A stretch of 64,000 bases of DNA from Candidatus Collierbacteria bacterium GW2011_GWA2_42_17 (lineage in GTDB: Bacteria; Patescibacteriota; Microgenomatia; UBA1400; MFAQ01), in NCBI GenBank assembly GCA_000998275.1, contig LCDA01000003.1, positions 1,596 to 65,595 on the forward strand, read 5' to 3'. Position 1 is the first letter of the stretch, and each line of letters begins with the position of its first letter. A program made the position numbers and the translations under genes. Positions 20,129 through 29,692 of the stretch are shown in pieces. The notes below the pieces were generated by a model that was given only the letters and a program-made list of their open reading frames with translations, was not told the DNA's origin and ran no database searches.

Positions 20129-20280
20129 TCTATCTTTAATATACACGACAAAGGGGGAGACCTGTAGGGGGTATATTTGAGGCTAAAAATAGTATAGGGT
20201 ATGGTTAAAATCGGCTATAGGTTGATATGCTTGACAGAGTGTGATATATTTTCAGATAGATCCAGTAAATTTAAAAACTA

Positions 20281-20421
20281 ATGATAAATCTGCTCATCAA
20301 ATTAGTGAACTCTCGTAAAAAATCGGTTCGTGTTAACCGTAGTTTTGGCCGTAGAGCCGTGTCTTTTCAGATTGCCAAAATGGGTAGAATGGGCCAGCAG
20401 TTGGTGGTGGCCAGCCGATAA
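20281..20421 (+). CDS. Small basic hypothetical protein, 46 aa
   Basis: Manual translation MINLLIKLVNSRKKSVRVNRSFGRRAVSFQIAKMGRMGQQLVVASR; TTGACA upstream. Confidence 0.4.
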   Translation: MINLLIKLVNSRKKSVRVNRSFGRRAVSFQIAKMGRMGQQLVVASR

Positions 20422-20486
20422 AACCGGATAAACCTTAAAATTTTGAACTTTGGATAAGTGAGTTTTTTTAGCCTTAAATCGAGGCA

Positions 20487-20604
20487 AGAAAAAAGCATTA
20501 CTACCGTAGCCTAACTCGAATAGCAATGCTTTTTTGCAGTGGTTAATGAAAGGACAGTTTCCATCAACCACCTACAGATTAACACTACAAAAATTTACTG
20601 TCAA
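20487..20604 (-). ncRNA. Candidate small RNA (promoter, hairpin, terminator)
   Basis: TTGACA-17-TAATCT, then hairpin GTGGTTGATGGAA/TTTCATTAACCAC and hairpin AAAAAAGCATT...AATGCTTTTTT. Confidence 0.4.
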
Positions 20605-20692
20605 CTAGAACAAAAGGCCTCAGAGTTGGGAGTGATGACGAGTTGGGCAGGCACGTCATCACCCCAGTTGTGAGGCTTTTTGTTGACTAGTT
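20603..20692. repeat. Long imperfect inverted repeat (~90 nt hairpin)
   Basis: AACTAG-AACAAAAGGCCTCA...GTGATGACG pairs with CGTCATCAC...TGAGGCTTTTTGTT-CTAGTT. Confidence 0.7.
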
Positions 20693-20715
20693 AATTTTGT
20701 TTGAGGAGGAAATAA

Positions 20716-20937
20716 ATGGACAATAAGTGGTGGAAGTATTTGGTTTTTGAGGTTTTCGCTGGTAAGGTAATAAGGGCTCAAAGTACAGATGCGGTTTTAA
20801 ACCAAAGGTTAATAGAGCTGCCGGCTTTTGAGGCGATGACTTGTGTTGGTATTTGTGGTTGGGAGTTGGTAAGTGTGTTGCCTATCGATGGACATCCTGA
20901 TCAGTATGGGATGTATTACTTTAAGAGTTTGGATTGA
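20716..20937 (+). CDS. DUF4177-like small protein
   Basis: WKYLV...GWELVSV...YYFK pattern; GAGGAGG RBS. Confidence 0.65.
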   Translation: MDNKWWKYLVFEVFAGKVIRAQSTDAVLNQRLIELPAFEAMTCVGICGWELVSVLPIDGHPDQYGMYYFKSLD

Positions 20938-20945
20938 GAGGTTTA

Positions 20946-20970
20946 CCCCCGGTATTTTACCGGGGTTTTT
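20946..20970 (+). terminator. Intrinsic terminator
   Basis: CCCCGGTA-ttt-TACCGGGG-TTTTT. Confidence 0.7.
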
Positions 20971-20975
20971 ATTAT

Positions 20976-23900
20976 CTACTCGTCTTTGGTTTGGTAGCGA
21001 TTGAGGGTGAGGAAAATGACGAGAGCAATGATAGGGGCGAGAACTAAAAGGGTGAGGCCAAAGAACTCAAGATACTGAGGAAGGTAGACAAGAATAAGGT
21101 TGGAGTTACCCTCCGGCAGATTCCAGGAGTTGTGCCACGAAGATGTACTGGTTGGGTCGAGTTTGGGTAAGAAAGGGGAGACAAAGGGAACGATGAGGGA
21201 AAGTAACCATGAGGGTGTTTGGGTGTCTGTTGGGGATACCTGGATGGCCTTCCAGGAGAACGATTGGGTCTGGTAGAGACTAAGTGAGCCTTGGCCACCT
21301 TCAATATTTGCGGTGTAAAGAAAAGGATAGGGATGGGTGGAGTTGGTGATTGTCGGTGAGGAGTCGGTGCTGAGAGAAGAGAGCGAGATGTCTTGGAGGA
21401 ACTGAAGAGGAATGGGACGAAGAGAGATGGACTTGATGAGATTTGAGGTAATACGATTGCCAAAAGACTGGTTATATATATGGAGAGTAAAGCCGGGAGC
21501 TTCGGAGAGGTTGGCGATGGGCTGGATGAGAGACTGGATTTGGTTGGTTTTGAGAAGACGCTCGTGGATGTCACAACGACGGGAGGAGTGATTTTCAAGA
21601 CAGACAGTCGGAGTGAGACCTTTTTGGAAACGGTAATCGAAGGAGATTAAATAGTTGAGGGAGTGAGGCAGATGACGAAGATTTAGAATATCGCATTCTG
21701 AGGCATTTTGACTTTGGTAGAGGAAACCATCTTTGGTCACTTGTTTGATCGTTTTACCATTGTTCCATTGATCACAGTTAAGACTTTCGGGAAAAAGACT
21801 GTTGGAATTTGGAGTCTCATTCATATCGAGTTCGGTGTCTGTTTGGAGAAGGGAAACCTGAAGGCGTTCAATCTTATTTTTAAGAACAATATTTTTCTGG
21901 GTGATGAGGGGGAGAGAGGCAGTAGAGGAGTAGATGAGGGGAAGAACACTGATCTCGATATTGTCGTAGTTGATTTCTTTGACGGTTCTGGTTTCTCCAG
22001 CTTCAAGAAGGAGATTGACCTGTTGGAGGGTTCCGGTTGAAGGGGTGAAGATGCGGGCACGGGAGGGTTTTTCTTTGGTTTCTAGGGGTTGGGGAAGACT
22101 TTGGGCGGAGAGATCCGACCCTGAGATATTGACACTAGCCAAGGTGAGAGTGGGTGAGGAGTAAGTAAAGGCGAGAGAGATGAGGTTACCTCGAGTGGTG
22201 TACGGAAGAGTGGCCGAGAGACAGCCAACAACGTCAGTGCCGATTAAAGAGATACCATTCTGGGTAGTGATTTTTTCGACTTTGCGATTTGGTCTTATTC
22301 TGTAACACTGCTCGGGGGTAGCTTCACCAAGTCTGTCGGTGAGGTCGTATGAGCCGATTTCGGAACTAGAGAAGAGAGAAACGGAGAAGGCATTGTGACT
22401 GGGGAGATAGACGGTAGTGAGGGGATAGAAATCGGAGAAACTATCAATCTCGGCCGGGAGCTGGAGTTCGAAGTAGTTTTTGTCCAACTCGAGAATGAAA
22501 CCGGTGCCGGTAGTTCCCGGGATGGTGAGGGTAAGGGGCTGGGTTTGGAGATCTATTTGGCTGTTGTCCAGGAAAATTGTGGGGATGATGGGGGTAAGAC
22601 GAAGATTGAGACTAGTGCCCAGTTTTTGGTACTCGATGCGGATGGGGAGAAGAGTTTCGGAAGTCGTAAGAGAGGGAATGATGAGAGTATCACCTTCGTT
22701 ACCGACTGCTGGTGAAGCGATGTTTAGGTATTCTCCCTTTTTGGTCCAGTCGGTATTGGGGCGAAGAGAGAGGGAGGCAAAAGGATGAGTGATGCCAACA
22801 GGGCTTTGAAGAGAGATGAAGTTTTGGGGTTTATCTTTCAAAGCAACTTGGTAGAGAGAGATTTTGTTGCCGAATTTTTGGTCCAGAGAAAATTTGGGAG
22901 AGCCGGTGACGTATTTTTTAAGGGTAAGCAGACCGGAGTCGGTAGCGTTTTCGGGAAGGGTTAAGTGTTCGTCAATGAGAATCCAGTTGATCGAGTATTT
23001 ATCGAGGATATTTTCAAAAGCGTTTTGGTTGTCGGAGTAGAGAGCGGTACTCATTTCCTCGTAGTATTTTTCGCTGTTTTTGTCCCAGGCGTCGAAGGCG
23101 CGATCCATCAGAGGTTGGCGAAGTCCATACCAAAGGAAGCCTGAACCACGATATCCCCAGTCATAACTTTCCCAACCCCAAAAGGAGAATTGGGGAAAGT
23201 TGGCCACACGAGTGGCTGTGTCTTGGGTTTTCATGTAGGCAAAAAGCTCAAAGTATTCCTGAGGTATTGGTTGGCGCATTGAGGGAGAGATGAGGTTACC
23301 GGAGAAGGCCGGAGACATAAAGAGAACGAGAGAAAAAGCGACGGTAAAGAGGGTAAGGTAGTAGGTTAGTCGGGTGTGAAGAAAAGAAAAAAGATCCAGT
23401 AGGAAGATGGTGCCGATGGAGAAGAAAAAGGAGTAAGCAAGAGAAAGAGGAATGGAAAACTTAGTGAAGGGAGAGCGGAAAAGTTCACCGATGAGGGGGA
23501 TTTTGTTGTTTACTAATAGACCACCTCCGAGAAGGAAAAAGAGACAGAGAACGAGAAGGGCAACAAAGGACTTGGTCCAGGCAAAACGCTTTTTAAAAGA
23601 GTAGTAGAGACCGGTAAGAACAAGAACGAAGGAGAGAAAACCAAGAAGACTGACGATGGAAATATCAAGATGACTGCGCCAGACGGAGAGGAGATAGGTG
23701 TATTTGTTGTCTTGGCCGAGGTCGAGGTAGTTGAAGAGATATCCCTTCATAAGGGCGGTGTCTTTGAGAGTGGCAAACTGGAGATTTCGGGCGTAGGTTT
23801 CGGGAGAAGAGAGAAGATTGTTTTTGGCTTGCTCGGGAACAGTGCCATTGGTGATGACAAAAAAAGCAACGGGAAGGAGCCAGAAGAGGTGAGGAATGAC

Positions 23901-24665
23901 GAGGGTAAAAAGGGAGAGAAGGGAGGTCTTGAGGTGTTGGGCTTTGTGTTTTTGTTGCTTTAAAAACTCGACAAAGAAAGGAAGAACGGCGACAAAGAAA
24001 ACCAGAAAAATGGTCTCGACATAAAAGGAGGGGGCGGAGAAAAAAGAGATTAAAAAGAGAACAAAGAGATTAATTTTGGTGGGTTTTTGAAGGTAGGTGA
24101 TGATGAAATACAAAAGCCAAGGAAGGGCACCGTAGAACCAAGTGAAAGTTTCGAAAGGGACGAAGAAAGTCTGGAGAGTGTTGAGATTAAGAAGATAGTA
24201 GAGGGCACCGAGAAAGGAAGCAAACTGAATGGTTTTGGCATCAAGTTTGCTTTTAAAAAGATGATTGTAGAAAAGAAGGTAAACCCCAAGAGGACCGAGA
24301 ACCAGGGGGAGGAAGGTGGTGATGTAGCGGATTAGGTCTGGGGTAAGTTTGGCGGCAAGAAGTAGGGCAGCAAACAAAACTCTGGGGAGATCGGCAGCGT
24401 GAGCCATGCCACCGAGAAGTCCGGGTCCGCGGTATTCCTGCCAGACGGAGAAGAGGGCTCTTTTAAGATTCTCGTCGATATCAAACTCGGGATGGAGATT
24501 GTCCCAGCCGGTGAGAAAAGTATTCGGCTCGAAGTTGAGAAAAATGAGGAGACCGGTAACAAAGAGGAGAGCGATGACGGGCCAGAGACGGGTGAGGAGC
24601 TTGCCCAGGTGACGAAGCTCTCGAAGGGGGAAGCGGTGTTTTGCTTTGGTAATATTCTTGGCCAC
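20976..24665 (-). CDS. Large polytopic membrane protein, GT-C/YfhO/AftD-like, with a large extracellular region
   Basis: GWDNLHPEF after TM1, many TM helices, ~700 aa soluble region and a C-terminal anchor. Confidence 0.65.
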   Translation of the reverse strand: MAKNITKAKHRFPLRELRHLGKLLTRLWPVIALLFVTGLLIFLNFEPNTFLTGWDNLHPEFDIDENLKRALFSVWQEYRGPGLLGGMAHAADLPRVLFAALLLAAKLTPDLIRYITTFLPLVLGPLGVYLLFYNHLFKSKLDAKTIQFASFLGALYYLLNLNTLQTFFVPFETFTWFYGALPWLLYFIITYLQKPTKINLFVLFLISFFSAPSFYVETIFLVFFVAVLPFFVEFLKQQKHKAQHLKTSLLSLFTLVIPHLFWLLPVAFFVITNGTVPEQAKNNLLSSPETYARNLQFATLKDTALMKGYLFNYLDLGQDNKYTYLLSVWRSHLDISIVSLLGFLSFVLVLTGLYYSFKKRFAWTKSFVALLVLCLFFLLGGGLLVNNKIPLIGELFRSPFTKFSIPLSLAYSFFFSIGTIFLLDLFSFLHTRLTYYLTLFTVAFSLVLFMSPAFSGNLISPSMRQPIPQEYFELFAYMKTQDTATRVANFPQFSFWGWESYDWGYRGSGFLWYGLRQPLMDRAFDAWDKNSEKYYEEMSTALYSDNQNAFENILDKYSINWILIDEHLTLPENATDSGLLTLKKYVTGSPKFSLDQKFGNKISLYQVALKDKPQNFISLQSPVGITHPFASLSLRPNTDWTKKGEYLNIASPAVGNEGDTLIIPSLTTSETLLPIRIEYQKLGTSLNLRLTPIIPTIFLDNSQIDLQTQPLTLTIPGTTGTGFILELDKNYFELQLPAEIDSFSDFYPLTTVYLPSHNAFSVSLFSSSEIGSYDLTDRLGEATPEQCYRIRPNRKVEKITTQNGISLIGTDVVGCLSATLPYTTRGNLISLAFTYSSPTLTLASVNISGSDLSAQSLPQPLETKEKPSRARIFTPSTGTLQQVNLLLEAGETRTVKEINYDNIEISVLPLIYSSTASLPLITQKNIVLKNKIERLQVSLLQTDTELDMNETPNSNSLFPESLNCDQWNNGKTIKQVTKDGFLYQSQNASECDILNLRHLPHSLNYLISFDYRFQKGLTPTVCLENHSSRRCDIHERLLKTNQIQSLIQPIANLSEAPGFTLHIYNQSFGNRITSNLIKSISLRPIPLQFLQDISLSSLSTDSSPTITNSTHPYPFLYTANIEGGQGSLSLYQTQSFSWKAIQVSPTDTQTPSWLLSLIVPFVSPFLPKLDPTSTSSWHNSWNLPEGNSNLILVYLPQYLEFFGLTLLVLAPIIALVIFLTLNRYQTKDE

Positions 24666-24772
24666 AAATTAGTTTAACATTTTCAATATATTCTTAGGCT
24701 CATTATCTTATAGATTGACATTACAGGTAGTTAGACCCCTTCCTTTTTTATGAGTTAGAATATATTTACAAA

Positions 24773-26029
24773 ATGATTGATGATGGTCAAATTAAAGTTG
24801 AACAAATTGCACACGAATATGAAAGTGTGTATCGGGAAAATAACTTAACCGACTCACTTGGGGATATTGTTTTTATTGCTGAAGAAGAGAGACGGAGTGC
24901 AATTGAGAGATATGGAAAACTTCCAAGTCCAAAAATAGCATCTCTAAAAGCCTATGTGGTTTATTGTATTCGAAAAAAAATAATTACCGATATTGGGGAA
25001 AAAACAATTGAAAAAGTTTCTATAGATAGTAGTAATCCTGTTTCGGCATCTTTAGCAGAATTGTTACAATCGACTCCAAAAAGTTTACTGGAGAATACAG
25101 CTGAAGAATTGTTTGTAAAATTGCCTTTTAGTGAGCGGAAAAAATATTGGAAAACTAAGGAACATTTGTTTGCAGACTTTGAGAAGAAATATTTGAAGGT
25201 GGTCGACTCGAAAAATATTATGGCAATAAAAAAAGGCTATAGAGACTTTGTTGAGTTTAATTTAATAAATGACAAAATTCCTAAGAAAGCCTTTCAGTTT
25301 TTTTTGGCCAATTTAGATAAATACATTGAGTATTGTAACGAGCAAGTGAAAGAAATTGTGGTAAAGAAAGATGAATTTTTTAGTGAGTATTCTTCGGCAC
25401 CTTGTTATATTTGTGCTCAGGAATTTTTGAAAGTTAACTCCGCAGATGAACTATTGGAGTTGATGGCTGTTGATTATCCAGTGTTGAGAAAGAACAAAAA
25501 GAAAATACAAGTTTCTTTGGGAGATGGAGCAGCGACGAAGTATATAACGGAGACAGATTCTTTTTTGGTGACAGTTCGAAAGAAGGTTAATTCAAGGCAT
25601 CAAATTTTGGATTTAATACATGAATTCAGTCATGTAATTTTAATGATGGAGGGCATGAATAAAGGTGCTGATTATTTAGGACAGGGAAGATATCTTCAGG
25701 AAAAGAGTGTGTCGGAAATTGTGTTGAGATTATTGAAAAAATATTCTCTAAAAGTCTACAAGGCATATTTGGGAAACAAACTGATTGATTTACAGATTGC
25801 TCTGTTTGAGTTGGAAGTTTACCGTAATACCCAAAAAAAATTACCGGAGCTGAGTGCGGAGATTTTTAACAAGTGTTTTCTTGGTGCTAACCAAGAGGAA
25901 AACCCCCTATTTATGCTGAATACTTACCTACTATTTGGACCCCTAAAATCTTTATTGTATGCGGTTGTGGATGTCGAAACAGTAATGTCCTCAGCCAACA
26001 AATTGGCACCTCTAGCGCTGAAAGTATAG
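24773..26029 (+). CDS. Putative zinc metallopeptidase (M3/gluzincin-like)
   Basis: LIHEFSH with downstream QEKSVSE and ALFELEVY. Confidence 0.55.
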   Translation: MIDDGQIKVEQIAHEYESVYRENNLTDSLGDIVFIAEEERRSAIERYGKLPSPKIASLKAYVVYCIRKKIITDIGEKTIEKVSIDSSNPVSASLAELLQSTPKSLLENTAEELFVKLPFSERKKYWKTKEHLFADFEKKYLKVVDSKNIMAIKKGYRDFVEFNLINDKIPKKAFQFFLANLDKYIEYCNEQVKEIVVKKDEFFSEYSSAPCYICAQEFLKVNSADELLELMAVDYPVLRKNKKKIQVSLGDGAATKYITETDSFLVTVRKKVNSRHQILDLIHEFSHVILMMEGMNKGADYLGQGRYLQEKSVSEIVLRLLKKYSLKVYKAYLGNKLIDLQIALFELEVYRNTQKKLPELSAEIFNKCFLGANQEENPLFMLNTYLLFGPLKSLLYAVVDVETVMSSANKLAPLALKV

Positions 26030-26158
26030 GCAGCACTAGTTCGTTGTATCGATGACAAGATAGTGGTTATTCCTGTTGGAGAAACTATTACCGATGAAGA
26101 GATCGAGAAGTTAACGGAGTTTCAGGAGAAGTGGTTTAAACACGAGATTGTGAGATAA
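26030..26158 (+). pseudogene. 3' remnant of an inorganic pyrophosphatase-like gene
   Basis: In-frame DDKIVVIPVGETITDEEIEKLTEFQEKWFKHEIVR*, with no convincing start or RBS. Confidence 0.5.
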
Positions 26159-26341
26159 GTTTTGAATTATGACTTCATGGTGGAAATGAGGGGTTCTTTG
26201 GTGGTGATTATTTGAAGAGCATCCCGAAACCTTTTTCCGAGAAATCATTAATTGAAATATAAAATTATTACGGAGTGAGTTGGTCTTGATTTGAGGGGGA
26301 ATATACCTAATAATGGAGGGATAGTTTCCAAGAATGAATTT

Positions 26342-27127
26342 ATGAGATTTGCCACATATACAAAGACGGCGGTGTTGGGGTTTTTACAGGTAGCCAATTA
26401 CCGGACTGAGGTATGGTTTCAGGTGTTTGCAAAGATATTGGTTTTTGCCGGAATCGTTTTGTTTTGGAGTGTGGTGGGCACCGGTAATACAGGGCAGACA
26501 TATTATCAGCTGATTGCGTATTTTTTGGTGGCCAATGGAGCACGAGAGCTCATTGATGCATTGTACGGAAAGTTTGGTAGTACGATAATTGATGATATAA
26601 AAGATGGAAAGATTAGTTCTTATTTGTTGCAACCAACACACACCGTAATTTTTATGTACTTTAAACATTTTGGGACAAGAGGTGTAACAATTGTTTTTTC
26701 TATTTTATATATTATCGTGGGAATTGTTCTGGCACCACCAACTTCTCTCGTGGCAGGACTATTATTTTTGGTAGTTGTCGGGTCGGGAGCGATAATTTGT
26801 TTTTCTCAGAGTACGATTGTTGGCTGCGGTGCTTTTTGGATGACTGAGGCTAAGGGAATTAAAAATGTGGTGAACCATATTTCTAAAGTATTTAGTGGAG
26901 CTATGATTCCTTTGACGTTTTTTCCAATTGCCTATCAAACATCGGTGATGCTTTCGCCATTTGCTTCTTACGCTTATCTTCCGGCAACGTTGATGCAAAC
27001 TAAAACTGTTGACTCGTTTGTTTTTTTACAAGTGGGAGTGTCAATTGGTTGGGCAGTGATTTTGCTGTTTTTGAGCAGGCTGGTTTGGAGAAAGGGGGTA
27101 AAACGATATGAAGCGATTGGAATTTAA
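26342..27127 (+). CDS. ABC-2 family permease (DUF990 type)
   Basis: IKDGKISSYLLQP and FSGAMIPLTFFP motifs. Confidence 0.85.
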   Translation: MRFATYTKTAVLGFLQVANYRTEVWFQVFAKILVFAGIVLFWSVVGTGNTGQTYYQLIAYFLVANGARELIDALYGKFGSTIIDDIKDGKISSYLLQPTHTVIFMYFKHFGTRGVTIVFSILYIIVGIVLAPPTSLVAGLLFLVVVGSGAIICFSQSTIVGCGAFWMTEAKGIKNVVNHISKVFSGAMIPLTFFPIAYQTSVMLSPFASYAYLPATLMQTKTVDSFVFLQVGVSIGWAVILLFLSRLVWRKGVKRYEAIGI

Positions 27128-27938
27128 GAAGAGTATAAAACTTCGTTGGAAGATTATTTCTTCTTGTACGATGTTTGGTTTTAAAGAGTCGATGGCTTAT
27201 TCACTAAATAACTGGGGTAATTTATTGTCGATGATCGTTTACATGATTACCTATTTGATTTTCTTAGATGTACTTTTTGGAAGGGTGAAGATGATTGCAG
27301 GTTATGGTTATACGGAAATGCTCTTCTTTACCCTGATTGTTCAAATTAATTACTATCTATTATTTATTATTACTCAAGTTAACACAGAAAGACTTGATAC
27401 CAGTATTAACACCGGTGAGTTAGATCTGTGGCTTGTCAAGCCGGTGCCAGCGTTGTGGTTTGTGTCTTTCAGAAAGATTAATTTGGGTGAGCTATTATTT
27501 GGTGCTTTTCCGGCGACGATTCCATTGTTGGTAATATTGTCCGGAAAATGGAGCGTGTTAAATATGTCATTTGGGGGAGTAATGGCCGGGATTATTTTTA
27601 TCATTTTGGGTCAGATTATCATCCATTGTTTTGTATTTATGATTGCAATGACGGCCTTTTTTACAGGAGAGGGGAAACATGCAAGAAACGTTGGGGTGGA
27701 GCTTTCGATATTTGGAGACTCAATTCCCCTTGAAGGATATCCAAAGTTTTTGAAATATATTGGACTTACAATTGTTCCCTTTTTGGTACATACGGCTTTG
27801 GCAGTATCATTTTTCTTGGGTAAAAACACCAACTATTATTATCTTGTCTATGTCTTTGGTTTGGCAGTATTTTTCTTGTGGTTGAAAACGGTCGCTTGGA
27901 AATTTTCTTTAAAACATTATTCATCAGCATCATCATAA
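27108..27938 (+). CDS. ABC-2 family permease (DUF990 type)
   Basis: INTGELDLWLVKP and C-terminal YSSASS. Confidence 0.85.
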   Translation: MKRLEFKKSIKLRWKIISSCTMFGFKESMAYSLNNWGNLLSMIVYMITYLIFLDVLFGRVKMIAGYGYTEMLFFTLIVQINYYLLFIITQVNTERLDTSINTGELDLWLVKPVPALWFVSFRKINLGELLFGAFPATIPLLVILSGKWSVLNMSFGGVMAGIIFIILGQIIIHCFVFMIAMTAFFTGEGKHARNVGVELSIFGDSIPLEGYPKFLKYIGLTIVPFLVHTALAVSFFLGKNTNYYYLVYVFGLAVFFLWLKTVAWKFSLKHYSSASS

Positions 27939-27943
27939 AAAAT

Positions 27944-28909
27944 ATGGAAAAAATAATTGAGGTAAAAAACCTCTCCAAAAAATTTAAGGTACCGGTTAAA
28001 CAGGGATTTGTCCGCAGTATTTTTATTCCGAAAAATAAAGAAATCGTGGCGGTGGATAATATTTCTTTTACGGTCGAGAGAGGGGAAGCGGTGGCCTTTC
28101 TCGGTCCTAATGGTGCCGGGAAAACGACAACCTTGAAAATGCTTACCGGACTGCTGTATCCAACAAGCGGGTCAGTGAAAGTATTGGAAACGATTCCTGT
28201 GGAGAGAAAATACACTTTTTTAAGAAAGATTGCCTTGGTTATGGGTAACAAGAGTGGTTTGTCGTGGGACCTGTCGGCGAGGCAGAGCTTTGACTTATTT
28301 GAGAGTATCTATGACCTTGATCATCAAGAGGCGATGAAAACGGTGGGCTACTTGGCGGAAATTTTAGAGGTATCTAAAAGTTTGGATTTACCGATTCGGA
28401 AGTTGTCACTGGGACAGAGACTAAAAATGGAGCTGATTGGGGCGATCCTGCATAGTCCGGAGATTGTATTTTTGGATGAGCCCACACTAGGACTGGATGT
28501 GGTGGCCAAGAGAAATATTCGAGAGTTTTTGAGAAAAACTAATAAAGAAAAAGGGACAACAATAATATTGACCAGTCATGATATGGCAGATATTGAAAAA
28601 GTGTGCAATCGGGTCATCGTGATTAACCACGGAAAAATTATGTTTGATGATGCGATTGGGAAACTAACAGGGAGATATAGGGGGAGGAAATATTTGACCT
28701 TGATTTTTACGGAGGAAGTCGCGCAGGAAGAGGTAGAAAAGTACGGTAAGGTGATTGATAAAAAGCCACTAACCTATACCATTGAAGTGGCAGGTGACGA
28801 ACAGGCAAAAGTAATTGCAGCAGTGAGCGAGAACCTACCTATTGATGATATTGATATTACCCATGTGCCATTGGACGAAATCATGGCGGATATGTTCGGG
28901 AAGAGGTAA
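27944..28909 (+). CDS. ABC exporter ATP-binding protein
   Basis: GPNGAGKTT, LSLGQ, FLDEPT, SHD. Confidence 0.92.
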   Translation: MEKIIEVKNLSKKFKVPVKQGFVRSIFIPKNKEIVAVDNISFTVERGEAVAFLGPNGAGKTTTLKMLTGLLYPTSGSVKVLETIPVERKYTFLRKIALVMGNKSGLSWDLSARQSFDLFESIYDLDHQEAMKTVGYLAEILEVSKSLDLPIRKLSLGQRLKMELIGAILHSPEIVFLDEPTLGLDVVAKRNIREFLRKTNKEKGTTIILTSHDMADIEKVCNRVIVINHGKIMFDDAIGKLTGRYRGRKYLTLIFTEEVAQEEVEKYGKVIDKKPLTYTIEVAGDEQAKVIAAVSENLPIDDIDITHVPLDEIMADMFGKR

Positions 28910-28913
28910 AATT
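28884..28913 (+). repeat. Direct repeat, left copy (3' end of the ABC ATPase gene)
   Basis: TGGCGGATATGTTCGGGAAGAGGTAAAATT is identical to 34588-34617. Confidence 0.9.
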
Positions 28914-28918
28914 CTGAC

Positions 28919-29692
28919 ATGAGTATTTTTCGATTGAGTATAGTTTTGGGAACTGAAGAAGTGGTGGAGAAAGAACTTTTGTCAAAGTTTCCGAAAGCGG
29001 AAATTGTAGGAAGAACAAAGGGAAAAATAGATTTTCAGGTGGAGGGGAGGGTGCTAGGTGACTTTTCATCGCTGCTTTCGCCTCTTAGAATCCAAGATAC
29101 AAATCGTGGTGACGAGGATTTGTATAAGAGAGGATGGAGGAAAGCGTTTGTACCAGCTGGGATAAATCCTTCTTTGGCCTATGTACTTTGTGATTTGGCT
29201 GAGTTGAATGAAGATGATGTTGTGCTAGATCCATTTTGCGGTGGATCAACTATTCCAATCACAGCCGTTATGTATTTTGGGATTAAGAAAGCGTTTGCTT
29301 CGGATATAAGTGGAAAGGCAGTTGATATTAGCCTTGAAAATTGGAAAGCTTCAGGTGTAAAAAAAGACAAATTTGTTTTGTTTAGAAGTAATGTGTCGAC
29401 ATTGAAGTTGTCACCAAAATCAATCACGAAGGTAATTACCAATATGCCTTTTGGAATTCGGGTTGGGAATCATGAGATGAATAAAAAGCTGTATCGGAAT
29501 TTTGCGTTTAAGTTGAATAGATTGTTGAAAGATGATGGGTCTGCGATTGTGTTGACTCAAGAAAAAGAACTATTTGAGGAAGTGATGAAAAATGATTTTG
29601 AGGTAAGTGTAGAAATGACGCCGGAAGTGGGAGGATTGAGGCCAAATGTATATAAAGTTACTCGAAAAAGTGTAAAATACTTCGTAAAATGA
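28919..29692 (+). CDS. RNA methyltransferase, UPF0020/Trm14-RlmL-like catalytic domain
   Basis: LDPFCGGSTIPI and ITNMPFG. Confidence 0.8.
   Translation: MSIFRLSIVLGTEEVVEKELLSKFPKAEIVGRTKGKIDFQVEGRVLGDFSSLLSPLRIQDTNRGDEDLYKRGWRKAFVPAGINPSLAYVLCDLAELNEDDVVLDPFCGGSTIPITAVMYFGIKKAFASDISGKAVDISLENWKASGVKKDKFVLFRSNVSTLKLSPKSITKVITNMPFGIRVGNHEMNKKLYRNFAFKLNRLLKDDGSAIVLTQEKELFEEVMKNDFEVSVEMTPEVGGLRPNVYKVTRKSVKYFVK

Noticed and set aside
20302-20571. 89-aa minus-strand ORF
   Set aside because: It runs through a terminator-like hairpin, overlaps the plus-strand small ORF and has no recognisable motif
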